A stretch of 64,000 nt of DNA from Mobula hypostoma. Taxonomy: Eukaryota. The notes under the pieces were generated by a model that worked only from the letters and a program-made list of their open reading frames with translations, was not told the DNA's origin and did no database searches. Location of the stretch: assembly GCF_963921235.1 (NCBI RefSeq), contig NC_086097.1, forward strand, positions 96,970,001 through 97,034,000, given 5' to 3'. Of the stretch, positions 13,326 to 32,329 are shown piece by piece (the stretch's first letter is position 1; every line of letters starts with the position of its first letter). Made by a program: the position numbers and the translations under genes.

Positions 13326-13879
13326 GTGATTGAAAGGGGAAGAAAATCAGAGAACAATGGAATGTTTCCCATTTCTCTTCTTATATTTGCCACACTTGGA
13401 AGTATTCTGCGATTTTTGCTTCATGTCAAAATAACACTGTAACATCTAATATGATGTTGAAGCAGTGCTATGTAAAGATATCCTGTTGTTTGCGTTCATT
13501 TATGATTTTTTTTGACCATGAAACTCAAAACTTGAAAGAGCCCATGACTGGATGCAAGGCCCAATTAACGGTCAAGTAATAGTTTCAGTATGCAGACATG
13601 AGGATATGTTGTCAGAATGTCCATTTGCTTCTCTTAGCACTCAATGGCATACATCACCTTGGGTTCGTCATTGATCAGGAACTTAATAGGGCAAGTTTCA
13701 TAAATACTGTGACTGTAAGAACACACCAACATACATGCAACATATGAATTAGGATACATCTTAAATTACTGGAGGCAGTGCAGTGTGGCATTCATGCTCA
13801 TCTGTGGGCTACTGAGAACTGCTTGGTCTTGCTGATAACACCCATGCACCATCAATTTACAGGACATGTTGCTCAGAGA

Positions 13880-13881
<2 letters not shown>

Positions 13882-13931
<50 letters not shown>

Positions 13932-13943
13932 TGTGTGTGTGTG
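13882..13943. repeat. (GT)n microsatellite
   Basis: About 30 GT units with one interruption. Confidence 0.95.
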
Positions 13944-13971
13944 ATTGATTGTATGTTTCACTGTTATCTTA

Positions 13972-14541
13972 CAAGACTGTGGAAAAGTCTTGGGCGTATA
14001 TATAGATAGATATATATATATAGAGAGAGAGCTTGGTTGCCTAAGAGCTTTGCACAGTACTGTAGTAATTTTACGTATTGCACTGTACTGCTGCCACAAA
14101 AAATAAGTCTCATGACATATGTGAGTGATGATAAACCTGATTCTGATATGGGTCTCTGCTGTGGACTGAGAGTGGGAAGGGGGTAGGAAGAGGGAATCAT
14201 GGTTGGAAAAAGGGGAAGGGAGATGGGAGGGAGCAGGAAGCACCAGAGAGACATTCTGCAATGATCAATAAACCAGATGTTTGGAATCATTTGACCTTGC
14301 CTGGTGTCTCAGGGCTGGGTGAGTCTGCACCCGCGCCACTCCCCACCCTGACACTCTTTCTGTGCCACCTGTCCCACACCCTTCCCATGGCACTCCCCCC
14401 TCGCCATTCCCAATATCCTTTGTTCCTGCCAGATTTATAAACTCGCTTTCCACTCTACGTTGAAAAGTATAGTACTGCGCACAAGTCTTAGATACCCAAG
14501 CTATATACAGTATATGTGCCTCAAATGTTTGCACAGTACTG
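13972..14541. mobile_element. non-autonomous Tc1/mariner-type element whose two ends are each hairpins
   Basis: Variants of CAGTACTGTGCAAAAGTCTTAGGCA occur four times, as inverted pairs at 13972-14062 and 14470-14541; no coding capacity. Confidence 0.6.
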
Positions 14542-14799
14542 TTTATGTGCTCTAAGTACCTTGCAGTGTGTATGACTGATGGTTTTGTGTTTTACACCAT
14601 GATCCCAGAGGAACACTATTTCATTTGGTATTCATGTACGGTTGAATGATAATTGAATTTGACCATCAACTTGAAGAGCAGGAGGAGACAGCCTGTTCTG
14701 CCATTCAATAAGATCGTGGCTGATCTGCCTGCAGACTCAACTGCATTCTTGAGGTATATCTGACTCCTTATCTACATCTTACAAATATTCATGAACTCT

Positions 14800-16950
14800 G
14801 CTTCTATTATCCTTTGAGGAACACAGCATCTTAAAAGAGGACAGTTTGGTCAATGGAATGGACGCAATACTCTGTTGCAAAGATTGAGAGTCCTGAAAGT
14901 TGTGTTCTCTTTGTTGCCCAGGTTCATGATATCTCATCTGGCCTGCAGAGGGATTTGGAATGCGAAGGAAAAGACCCAGCTATTGTTGTCCATGTGGATA
15001 CCAACGTTATAGGATGAAAAAAGGAGAAATGTTCCACTGAGGGAATTTCAGTAGCTAGGGACTAAATTAAAATACTGACCAAAGGAAGATAATAATCTCT
15101 AGATTGTTACCTGGACCATGTTCAAGTTGGCACAGGGTTAATGAGATCAGAGTTAATGCATGGCTCAAAGGCTGGTGTGGTGGATGCAGGACTGAAGGTG
15201 TTACAGCTGAATGTACACAGTTTACAAAATAAAGTAAGCGACTTTGTAGCGCAGTCAGAAATTGACAAGTAAGACATTGTGGGCGCCACACAGTCATGGT
15301 TGACAGAGGATCCCAGCTGGGAATTTAACATCTTTCGATACATAGTCATAGTCATAGTCATAGTCATACTTTATTGATCCCGAGGGAAATTGGTTTTCGT
15401 TACAGTTGCACCAACCAAGAATAGAGTATAAATATAGCAATATAAAACCATAAATAATTAAATAGTAATATGTAAATTATGCCAGGAAATAAGTCCAGGA
15501 CCAGCCTATTGGCTCAGGGTGTCTGACCCTCCAAGGGAGGAGTTGTAAAGTTTGATGGCCACAGGCAGGAATGACTTCCTATGATGCTCTGTATTGCATC
15601 TCGGTGGAATGAGTCTCTGGCTGAATGTACTCCTGTGTCCAACCAGTACATTATGTAGTAGATGGGAGACATTGTCCAAGATGGCATGCAACTTGGACAG
15701 CATCCTCTTTTCAGACACCACCGTCAGAGAGTCCAGTTCCATCCCTACAACATCACTGGCCTTACGAATGAGTTTGTTGATTCTGTTGGTACCTACTACC
15801 CTCTGGCTGCTGCCCCAGCACACAACAGCAAACATGATCGCACTGGCCACCACAGACTCGTAGAACATCCTCAGCATCGTCCGACAGATGTTAAAGGACC
15901 TCAGCCTCCTCAGGAAATAGAGACGGCTTTGATCCTTCTTGTAGACAGCCTCAGTGTTCTTAGACCAGTCCAGTTTATTGTCAATTCGTGTCCCCAGATA
16001 TTTGTAATCCTCCACCATGTCCACCCTGACCCCCTAGATGGAAACAGGGGTCACCGGCGCCTTAGCCCTCCTCAGGTCTACCACCAGCTCCTTAGTCTTT
16101 TTCACATTAAGCTGCAGATAATTCTGCTCACACCATGTGACAAAGTTTCCTACCGTAGCCCTGTACTCAGCCTCATCTCCCTTGCTGATGCATCCAACTA
16201 TGGCAGAGTCATCCGAAAACTTCTGATACACATCGTATCGAGAGGACAGGAAGGTGGACAAAGGGGGTGATGTGGTTTTGTTGGTAAAATATGAATTCAG
16301 ATCCACAGAAAGAAACGACAGAATCACAGGGTCTCGAATCCTTGGGGTTGAGCTTAGAAACTACAAGTGTAAAAATCCCTGATGGGAGTCAGGCCTCCAA
16401 ACAGTACCCAGGATGTGGGGCACAAATTACAATGGAAGGTAGAAAAGGCGCATCGAGAGAGTGATGCTACAATGGCCATGGGGGGGGGGGGTTACAATTC
16501 AATGTACAGGTAGAGCCAAACAGCCTGCTCCTGTGCGATACTTGTCTAGAAAGAGCCCTTAGGAGGCAGTGACCGTAATATGATAGAATTCACCCTGCAG
16601 TTTGTGAAGGAGAAGCTAAAATAGGACGTATCAGTTACTTTTGAGTAAAGTTAATACAGAGACATGAGAGGGGAGCTGGCCAAAGTTGATTTGAAAGTGA
16701 CACCAGCAGGGATGATGACAAATCAGCAATGGCTGGAGTCTAGGAACAAATCAAAAGACCACAGGCTCAGTTCATCGCAAAGAAGAAGCAGTATTGTAAA
16801 GGGAGAATAGAGCAACCATGGCTGTCAAGACAAGTCCAAGACAGCAGAAAGCAAAAGACAGGGCTTATGGTACAGCAGAAATTACTGCGAAGCAAGGGGA
16901 TTGGGAAGCTGTAAAAAAAAAATCAGAAGGGAACTAAAAAATCTATAAGG
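14800..16950 (+). mobile_element. old CR1 LINE (ORF1 SGNH-esterase and endonuclease remnants) interrupted by Rex1
   Basis: AIVVHVDTN (cf. HVGTND) at about 14980; ...QSWLT..., DRKVDKGGDVVL and GGSDRNMIEF endonuclease motifs. Confidence 0.7.
15343..16224 (-). mobile_element. young 5'-truncated Rex1/Babar LINE
   Basis: QKFSDDSAIVG...LNVKKTKELVVDLRR...YKYLG...RLYFLRRLRSF in one frame with a single stop at 16034; (ACTATG)n tail; GATACA TSD at 15337-15342 and 16225-16230. Confidence 0.92.
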
Positions 16951-17111
16951 AGAGAGTGGAGAGTCTGTGGAATTCATTGCCACAGATGGCTGTGGAGACT
17001 AAGTCATTGGATACATTTAAAGCAGAAGTTGATAGGTTCTTGATAAGATGTCAAAGGTTACAGGGAGAAGGCAGGAGAGTACATTGAGAGGGAAAAATAA
17101 ATCAGTCATAA

Positions 17112-19607
17112 TTGGTGGGAGTTGTGTACAGGCCACCTAACAGTAGTAGTGAGGTTGGGGATGGTATTAAACAGGAAATTAGAAATGTGTGCAATAAAGG
17201 AACAGCAGTTATGATGGGTGACTTCAATCTACATGTAGATTGGGTGAACCAAATTGGTAAAGGTGCTGAGGAAGAGGATTTCTTGGAATGTATGCGGGAT
17301 GGTTTTTTGAACCAACATGTCGAGGAACCAACCAGAGAGCAGGCCATTCTGGACTGCGTTTTGAGCAATGAGGAAGGGTTAATTAGCGATCTTGTCGTGA
17401 GAGGCCCCTTGGGTAAGAGTGACCATAATATGGTGGAATTCTTCATTAAGATGGAGAGTGACATAGTTAATTCAGAAACAAAGGTTCTGAACTTAAAGAG
17501 GGGTAACTTTGAAGGTATGAGACATGAATTAGCTAAGATAGACTGGCAAATGACACTTAAAGGATTGATGGTGGATATGCAATGGCAAGCATTTAAAGAT
17601 CGCATGGATGAACTACAGCAATTGTTCATCCCAGTTTGGCAAAAGAATAAATCAAGGAAGGTAGTGCACCCGTGGCTGACAAGAGAAATTAGGGATAGTA
17701 TCAATTCCAAAGAAGTAGCATACAAATTAGCCAGAGAAAGTGGCTCACCTGAGGACTGGGAGAAATTCAGAGTTCAGCAGAGGAGGACAAAGGGCTTAAT
17801 TAGGAAAGGGAAAAAAGATTATGAGAGAAAACTGGCAGGGAACATAAAAACGGACTGTAAAAACTTTTATAGATATGTAAAAAGGAAAAGACTGGTAAAG
17901 ACAAATGTAGGTCCCCTGCAGACAGAAACAGGTGAATTGATTATGGGGAGCAAGGACATGGCAGACCAATTGAATAATTACTTTGGTTCTGTCTTCACTA
18001 AGGAGGACATAAATAATCTTCCAGAAATAGTAGGGGACAGAGGGTCCAGTGAGATGGAGGAACTGAGCGAAATACATGTTAGTAGGGAAGTGGTGTTAGG
18101 TAAATTGAAGGGATTGAAGGCAGATAAATCCCCAGGGCCAGATGGTCTGCATCCCAGAGTGCTTAAGGAAGTAGCCCAAGAAATAGTGGATGCATTAGTG
18201 ATAATTTTTCAAAACTCGTTAGATTCTGGACTACTTCCTGAGGATTGGAGGGTGGCTAATGTAACCCCACTTTTTAAAAAAGGAGGGAGAGAGAAACCGG
18301 GGAATTATAGACCGGTTAGCCTAACGTCGGTGGTGGGGAAACTGCTGGAGTCAGTTATCAAAGATGTGATAACAGCACATTTGGAAAGCGGTGAAATCAT
18401 CGGACAAAGTCAGCATGGATTTGTGAAAGGAAAATCATGTCTGACGAATCTCATAGAATTTTTTGAGGATGTAACTAGTAGAGTGGATAGGGGAGAACCA
18501 GTGGATGTGGTATATTTGGATTTTCAAAAGGCTTTTGACAAGGTCCCACACAGGAGATTAGTGTGCAAACTTAATGCACACGGTATTGGGGGTAAGGTAT
18601 TGATGTGGATGGAGAATTGGTTAGCAGACAGGAAGCAAAGAGTGGGAATAAACGGGACCTTTTCAGAATGGCAGGCAGTGACTAGTGGGGTACCGCAAGG
18701 CTCAGTGCTGGGACCCCAGTTGTTTACAATATATATTAATGACTTGGATGAGGGAATTAAATGCAGCATCTCCAAGTTTGCGGATGACACGAAGCTGGGT
18801 GGCAGTGTTAGCTGTGAGGAGGATGCTAAGAGGATGCAGAGTGACTTGGATAGGTTGGGTGAGTGGGCAAATTCATGGCAGATGCAATTTAATGTGGATA
18901 AATGTGAAGTTATCCACTTTGGTGGCAAAAATAAGAAAACAGATTATTATCTGGATGGTGGCCGATTAAGAAAAGGGGAGGTGCAACGAGACCTGGGTGT
19001 CATTATACACCAGTCATTGAAAGTGGGCATGCAGGTACAGCAGGAGGTGAAAAAGGCGAATGGTATGCTGGCATTTATAGCGAGAGGATTCGAGTACAGG
19101 AGCAGGGAGGTACTACTGCAGTTGTACAAGGCCTTGGTGAGACCACACCTGGAGTATTATGTGCAGTTTTGGTCCCCTAATCTGAGGAAAGACATCCTTG
19201 CCATAGAGGGAGTACAAAGAAGGTTCACCAGATTGATTCCTGGGATGGCAGGACTTTCGTATGAAGAAAGACTGGATGAACTGGGCTTGTACTCGTTGGA
19301 ATTTAGAAGATTGAGGGGGGATCTGATTGAAACGTATAAGATCCTAAAGGGATTGGACAGGCTAGATGCAGGAAGATTGTTTCCAATGTTGGGGAAGTCC
19401 AGAACTAGGGGCCACAGTTTGAGGATAGAGGGGAAGCCTTTTAGGACCGAGATTAGGAAAAACTTCTTCACACAGAGAGTGGTGAATCTGTGGAATTCTC
19501 TGCCACAGGAAACAGTTGAGGCCAGTTCATTGGCTATGTTTAAGTGGGAGTTAGATATGGCCCTTGTGGCTACAGGGGTCAGGGGGTATGGAGGGGTGGG
19601 GTTCTGA
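17112..19607 (+). CDS. CR1 ORF2: partial APE endonuclease plus reverse transcriptase (831 aa, N-truncated)
   Basis: VYRPP, MGDFN, SDHN (APE); KSPGPDG, NYRPVSLTS, YLDFQKAFDKV, SGVPQGSVLGP, KFADDTK (RT). Confidence 0.93.
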   Translation: MVGVVYRPPNSSSEVGDGIKQEIRNVCNKGTAVMMGDFNLHVDWVNQIGKGAEEEDFLECMRDGFLNQHVEEPTREQAILDCVLSNEEGLISDLVVRGPLGKSDHNMVEFFIKMESDIVNSETKVLNLKRGNFEGMRHELAKIDWQMTLKGLMVDMQWQAFKDRMDELQQLFIPVWQKNKSRKVVHPWLTREIRDSINSKEVAYKLARESGSPEDWEKFRVQQRRTKGLIRKGKKDYERKLAGNIKTDCKNFYRYVKRKRLVKTNVGPLQTETGELIMGSKDMADQLNNYFGSVFTKEDINNLPEIVGDRGSSEMEELSEIHVSREVVLGKLKGLKADKSPGPDGLHPRVLKEVAQEIVDALVIIFQNSLDSGLLPEDWRVANVTPLFKKGGREKPGNYRPVSLTSVVGKLLESVIKDVITAHLESGEIIGQSQHGFVKGKSCLTNLIEFFEDVTSRVDRGEPVDVVYLDFQKAFDKVPHRRLVCKLNAHGIGGKVLMWMENWLADRKQRVGINGTFSEWQAVTSGVPQGSVLGPQLFTIYINDLDEGIKCSISKFADDTKLGGSVSCEEDAKRMQSDLDRLGEWANSWQMQFNVDKCEVIHFGGKNKKTDYYLDGGRLRKGEVQRDLGVIIHQSLKVGMQVQQEVKKANGMLAFIARGFEYRSREVLLQLYKALVRPHLEYYVQFWSPNLRKDILAIEGVQRRFTRLIPGMAGLSYEERLDELGLYSLEFRRLRGDLIETYKILKGLDRLDAGRLFPMLGKSRTRGHSLRIEGKPFRTEIRKNFFTQRVVNLWNSLPQETVEASSLAMFKWELDMALVATGVRGYGGVGF

Positions 19608-19703
19608 GTTGGATGATCAGCCATGATCATAATAAATGGCGGTGCAGGCTCGAAGGGCCGAATGGCCTACTCCTGCACCTATTTTCTATGTTTCTATGTT
19701 TCT
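17113..19703 (+). mobile_element. young 5'-truncated CR1 LINE inserted into the 3' UTR of an older CR1
   Basis: Intact ORF2; 3' stem-loop ggtgcagg...cctgcacc; (TTTCTATG)n octamer tail; ATAAT TSD (17108-17112 and 19704-19708). The host CR1 3' UTR continues on both sides (16955-17110 and 19705-19775). Confidence 0.95.
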
Positions 19704-19774
19704 ATAATCAAATTGCAGAGCAGTCTTGATGGATCAAATGGCCTAATTCTGCTCCTATATCATATAGTCTTATG

Positions 19775-20900
19775 GGTTGACCATTAACAACTCACAAGTT
19801 TTCATGCCATCTGCAGATTTACTAATCTCACCTCTTCCGTGCACATCCACACCATTTACATATGTTATAAACAGTAAGGTGCAAGCATTGAAACTTGTTC
19901 AACTAGACACGGGCACTCAATTGCAAAAACAACCCTCAGCCATCACCCTCTGTCTGTTATTGTGAAGCCAATTTTGAATCTCTTTTTTAAGTTCCTGAAG
20001 ATCCCATGTTTTGTCAAATCCAATGTGAGACCTTGACAAAGGCTTTAGCAAAGTCCATGTAAATCACATCTATGGCACCCTGTCATTATGCATACTTTTT
20101 AATCACCTCCTCAAATAATTCAGTCAAATTAGTAAGCCAGCATCTGCCCTTGACAAAGCCTATCTCCAATTCGTCCTCCCTCTAAGTGATGATTACTTTT
20201 CTCCATCAGACGTTTACTCACAAGTCCATAGTTATCAGGCATCTCTGTGCTGCCTTTTTTCAAAGAGCCATCATGTTTACAACCTCCAGTCATCTGATTT
20301 CTCACTTGTGGACAGTGAACAATTAGAGATCTCTGCCAGAGTCCTAGCACTCTTTTACCTTGCCTCCTGTAGCAATTTGGCATAACTCACATCCACTCCA
20401 AGGGATTTATCTCTCTTTAAGCCTACCTGTGCCATGAGTACCTCCTTTTTAAATGAGATCTGCACTGCACTTTCTCCTATCCCTTCACTAGTAACAACCC
20501 ACAAAGTCCACTTCCTTAATGAATACCATGAAAGGTATTGATATAGTCCTTATCTATACCTCCTGGCTGCACGCAAAGGTTGCCTCTTGTTGTCCCTAAT
20601 GGGGCCAACATTTCCCTGGTATTTCTTTTTTTGCCCGTAATGGAATTCTTTGGATTTACCTTAATCCTGTTTACAGTAATTTTTCATGACTCCACCCCCT
20701 TTACCTTCCTAATTTCCTTTTCAAACATCCCCTATTCCTCCCTTTTATATTCAAAACAAGACTCCCCCTGTATGCATAAGATGCTTACATTTTCACCTTC
20801 TCTGTGAAACCCTCAATACCCCTGACATATTGGGTTCCCTGTATGTATTACCGCTGTCTTTTACCCTGACAGACAGAATGTTGGCCTTCTCTTCTTGTTC
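19775..20900 (-). mobile_element. old CR1 fragments
   Basis: Reverse-complement remnants of DFAKAFVKV and KKGS..MPDNYGLVS. Confidence 0.6.
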
Positions 20901-21867
20901 TTTCTTGTTTGGTGTAGACTTAACTGTAAGTATACTTCTCAGTGGCAGCTAGCAATAATAAAATCATTTATATTGTTACACCATCCCAGACCTTTTCTAC
21001 AAACCTAATGAAATCTTTGAAGGGAATATGACCTGGTGATCAGTGAAGTCCTGTGCTGGACTGGGCAAAGTTGGTTTATTCAAAGCCAATTTAACTTCAG
21101 TTGAACAGAAAATAGGTAATTAATCATTATTTTATTTCTTTCATTCATTCCAGGCCTGTAAACATGATACACATGTTAGTATAACAATCAAAGTAAGATC
21201 AAATTTCACAGACAGGATTCACTGGATTCAATGTGGTTTAGTCCAAACTCTTCAATATTACAATGACACACCAATGGCAGAAATAGGCTGGTTTGGAACT
21301 GAAAGAAGTTGCATTAATGTAGCGTCTTTCTCCACATCCCAAAGTACATTAACCACTAAAGAACTTTCAAAACATAGCCCTATTGGAAATCCGGCTGCCA
21401 GCTTCCCATAGGTAGCTGCAAGCCACTGAATATACAATGTGGTTACCAATGGATAAACAGAGGCACACCCACTTCTGCAAAGCACTGAATTCACCTAAGA
21501 ATACAGCTTGGATCCCAACACTGTCTCCTGCGACAGTGCTGTGCTCCTTCAGTGTTGTACTGGGGACATCAGCCCAGATGTTGCGTGCCAAACTTCTGGT
21601 TTGGGGCTGATTTCGTGACTTGTTAACAGAAGTGAGAGTTACCAGAGCACTCACACTGACAAAACTGTATCTGGGTGAAGGGTAATAGGGGGTCACAGGA
21701 AATACAGCTGACAGGATTATAGTAAGAGGTCATAAATGTAACCTACAGAACATAATGTACTGTATGGTTCATCATTAAAACTTATTGTCTTTCCTAGAGC
21801 GATCACGTTTCTAAAGTAATTAATTAAACACATTCTCAGCTAGGTGTCTTGAACCTGAAAGGACTGA

Positions 21868-22175
21868 TCATGTGTACCGACACCAGCTCTTTATCCAGGT
21901 CATTTTGACTGAACAGACGGACAACACTGAATACTCGCCCAGAGACGGACAAGGGACTTGTCTTGGGGTTGGGAGAGGTTGGGGTGGTTTTCGGGCGAGC
22001 TGGCTATGCTTGTCAGTAGCAGGCATGTAGCTCAGCAAGGAAGTGGAAAGTTGCCTGGGAGTTGGTGCTTTTTTCTTGGGAGCCAGCTTCAAGTCTGCCT
22101 TGGTGCTCCGATCAGGTATGGACATCCAACCAGACCAGATATCAAGGTCTGGGTTGGATATTCCATAAATATCAC
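21868..22175 (-). other. candidate exon of unknown gene or isoform (phase-1 acceptor, open frame about 100 codons)
   Basis: ttttttccatacccaaccctttcag|GT GAT ATT..., reading GDIYGISNPDLDIWSGWMSIPDRSTKADLKLAPKKKAPTPRQL...; the other two frames close quickly; the sequence is not recognisably repetitive. Confidence 0.35.
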
Positions 22176-22630
22176 CTGAAAGGGTTGGGTATGGAAAAAA
22201 ATAATATAACAGCCTCAGATCTATCCAAGCAGAACTCCATTCCCAAGTTTGTCTTTCTCAGTTGTTAATGCTTGGTTTATCTGGGTTTAAAATCATTAGT
22301 TAGCTAGTTTTTTGACAGGTTTGTGGGATTGTTAATAGTTCGGTCCATTGGTTGACAATATCTTGTATGTAATATATTGCACTGCTGACATGCTGTATCA
22401 ATAAAGTTTCAATAGTACTCTAACTTTATACAAGCTTTTTGTTCTGAGAATAATTAGATTTGCAGTTTGTCGCTCTTAGCTTTTGTGGGTCAAGGAGTAT
22501 TTATGAAACATATGACAAAATCATCATTTTTTGTTCAAATACAATTTTAAATGATTAATAAGAACTGTTTTCACACACAAAAAAAGTTCCCAATAAATAA
22601 AGACCAATCACCGTACAGATTAACTGAATG

Positions 22631-22636
22631 TTTATT
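22631..22636 (-). terminator. candidate polyadenylation signal AATAAA of the EEF1AKMT3-like gene
   Basis: TTTATT on + (AATAAA on -), about 45 nt downstream of the stop codon. Confidence 0.45.
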
Positions 22637-22679
22637 AAGGTTATAACGGCTCAAAAATCTTCTGACTGGTTCCTTGAGC

Positions 22680-29775
<7,096 letters not shown>

Positions 29776-30424
29776 CTTCCCCAAAATTCCCCTGACACTT
29801 CCCTGATTTTTGGCTGTTCCATTCTGATCACCAGGGAGATCCTGGCCAGATGTCTTTTCCTCATCTGGAGCACTTGAAGTTCCACCTATCTGAGCCTGCC
29901 TGATTGAAAAAGAAAGATTTTAAGAACTCTCACCTGTAACAAAGTGCTTACACAGGAAAAAAGACATGGGTAGGAAAATAGTAACTGGTCTACAAAGCCT
30001 ACTTCATTTTCGTGCTCATTGTTAGTGCCCAGATCCATCCACACCCACGTGAACAGTCATGTGAACTCTTGGAGAGGTCCAAAAGTGGCAATACAAATAA
30101 ATGCCTAGCTACTTCTCTCTGGCTGCCAAAATCAGTCCAAGAGAACTATTGTTTTATCTACCTTGGTATGTGATCTCATGTCTGTCTCAGCTAAGAATGA
30201 GTTTGGATCTCGGTGGAAGGCATGCACAGTGCTAACAACCAAGCTTCTTCAGACATCTGTGAGTGAGAAAGCACCAGATGCCCCAATCTACCCGTATTCA
30301 AACCAAATTTTAAATTGTCTCCCTGGTGCTGTTCTACTCGTGAACGGCAAAGACATTTGCTTTTCAATAGTTACGCTAGTCTGTCCATTACAGCCTTCTA
30401 GTAGAACATGAATAGATCTTATCA

Positions 30425-30700
30425 TGGAGTGCCATTGTAGTGTAGCAGTTAGCAACATTATTACAGCTTGGGGCATTAACGAGCTTGCAGTTCAATTCTG
30501 GTGCCATTCTGTAAGGAGTCTGTACGCCCTCCCCATGGAATGCGTGGGTTTACCTGCGTGCTCTAATTTCCTCCCACAGCCTAATGACGTACCAGGTAGG
30601 TTAATTTGGTCATTGTAAATTGACTTGATTTGGTTAGGGATAATTGGCATTGTGGGGTTGTTGGGGTGGTGTGGCTCAAAAGGCTGGAAATGCCTACTTT
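30425..30700 (+). mobile_element. V-SINE, degenerate
   Basis: ctgtaaggagtctgtacg...ctccccatgg...ctcccacag...ggtaggttaatttggtcattgtaaattg. Confidence 0.65.
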
Positions 30701-32329
30701 TAGTAACTAACTAAATGAAAAATAAATAAATAACATTTTATTTATAATAAAGAAATAATATTTATCAATATAGCAATATTCTAATATTTTTTTTCATTGG
30801 AATTTGTGTAAGGATATTAAAACAAAACTGACAGAAATGTGACAAAGTCTCCTATATTGAAACAGCATGCTATTTTAAATACATTATACTCTGTTTCTTT
30901 AGAATTACTAGTCAGGCATTTTTAGTGATCTATGTACAATCAACAACAGAATTCATTATATTAAAAAGAAAGAGGAATTCAAGAGAAACAATAACCGAAC
31001 AGGCAACAGGAAAAAGAAAAGGAGAGTACAAAGAGCAAGGTCTAGAGACCGAAGATCAGAGGTTCCTTATCAAAACAAGCCATGGGAGAAAGTGGGGAAT
31101 CAACAAGTACAGAACTATAACCAGAATGTCCACCGGAAGTAAAGGCAGAACGTTTAGATGGATTCGGTTCCAGACTCTAGATCATCAAAGGTTAGGAGAA
31201 TGAGGATGAGAATGTCCAAAGAAGAGAGACCTAGTGACAAGTCAAATGTTCTGAAAGGATCAACCATCAGAGGAATGAGAAAGTCTGGGAGAAAAGAGGG
31301 ATTGGGGTACACCAGAGAGGAAGGATGAGGCGATGGTGGGAGAGAATGAAGTTCGGGTGCCAGGGAGTCAAAGGGTAGAATCTGAGGCTCCAAGAGCAAG
31401 ATGAAAACTGCTAAGAAGAGGATGGGAGCGTTCAAGATGGGCAGATGGGAACCAGATAGGATGGATGGAAGGTTCAGCAATGACATTTAGGCAGAACAAA
31501 TCTCTAAAGCATTCAGGAACACTTCTGCTCTGCCCAATAACCAAAACGTGATGAGGATTTCTTATGAATGTCCACAAATAGAGCAAGGCTCTGTGAGCGA
31601 TAAGTTTAAGAGGGAGAACCCCCAGCTTGTACCATGCACATCACTTTATGTAGGTCATTCAAACAGCACCTACACTTTCCAAGAGAGGTAGTAACAAGAG
31701 AATAACTAGCTTTATTGTCCATCTCACATTGCACTATTTCCTAATTGAACTATTAAAGTCATTAAATATATTGAGCTATTATTTCTTGGTGACAATAGTA
31801 GATTCTTCCTCTAATTGTGCTCTGGACCCTATGTCCCTGTTTCCAACTTCTGGTTCTCAAAGTGCCACCCTTTATTCCCAAATAGGGGTTCCTTACATGG
31901 GGAAGATGAACTACCATAGACCAATCATAAACACACAAGATTTTGCAGATGATGCAAATCCAAAGCAACACACACACAAAATGCTGGAGGAACTCAGCAG
32001 GTCAGCTCAGCATCTCTGGAATACTACACAGTCATTTGGTAAACCCAAGAGCAACTGTCTGTGTCAGATCCACTCTCCCATCTCATTACTTATTTCCCAT
32101 ATGAGCAAAACTGACATCTCAGTTATGGAGACACATATGACAGAGTAGCTGTCATCTTCTGGTCCAATGATTCACATATCTGTGAATGAAGAAGATTTCC
32201 GTTATTTCTTGATGACATAGGAACCAATTCAACCATTCTAACCTATGCTAGCTCCCAGAGCATTTCCAACCTTCTTTTCTTCCCAAATCACAATCAACCC
32301 CTCCCCCCCCCCCCCCCACTCCTCTACCT

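Noticed and set aside
17102..19630. Minus-strand ORFs of 207, 134 and 157 aa
   Set aside because: They are antisense shadows of the CR1 ORF2.
21367..21427. SYLWEAG as a duplicate of the methyltransferase SIWEAA motif
   Set aside because: The similarity covers only a few residues and the surrounding sequence does not align.
29900..29951. Nearby donors (29933, 29951) supplying the upstream exon
   Set aside because: The implied introns would be only 34 and 52 nt, too short to be convincing.
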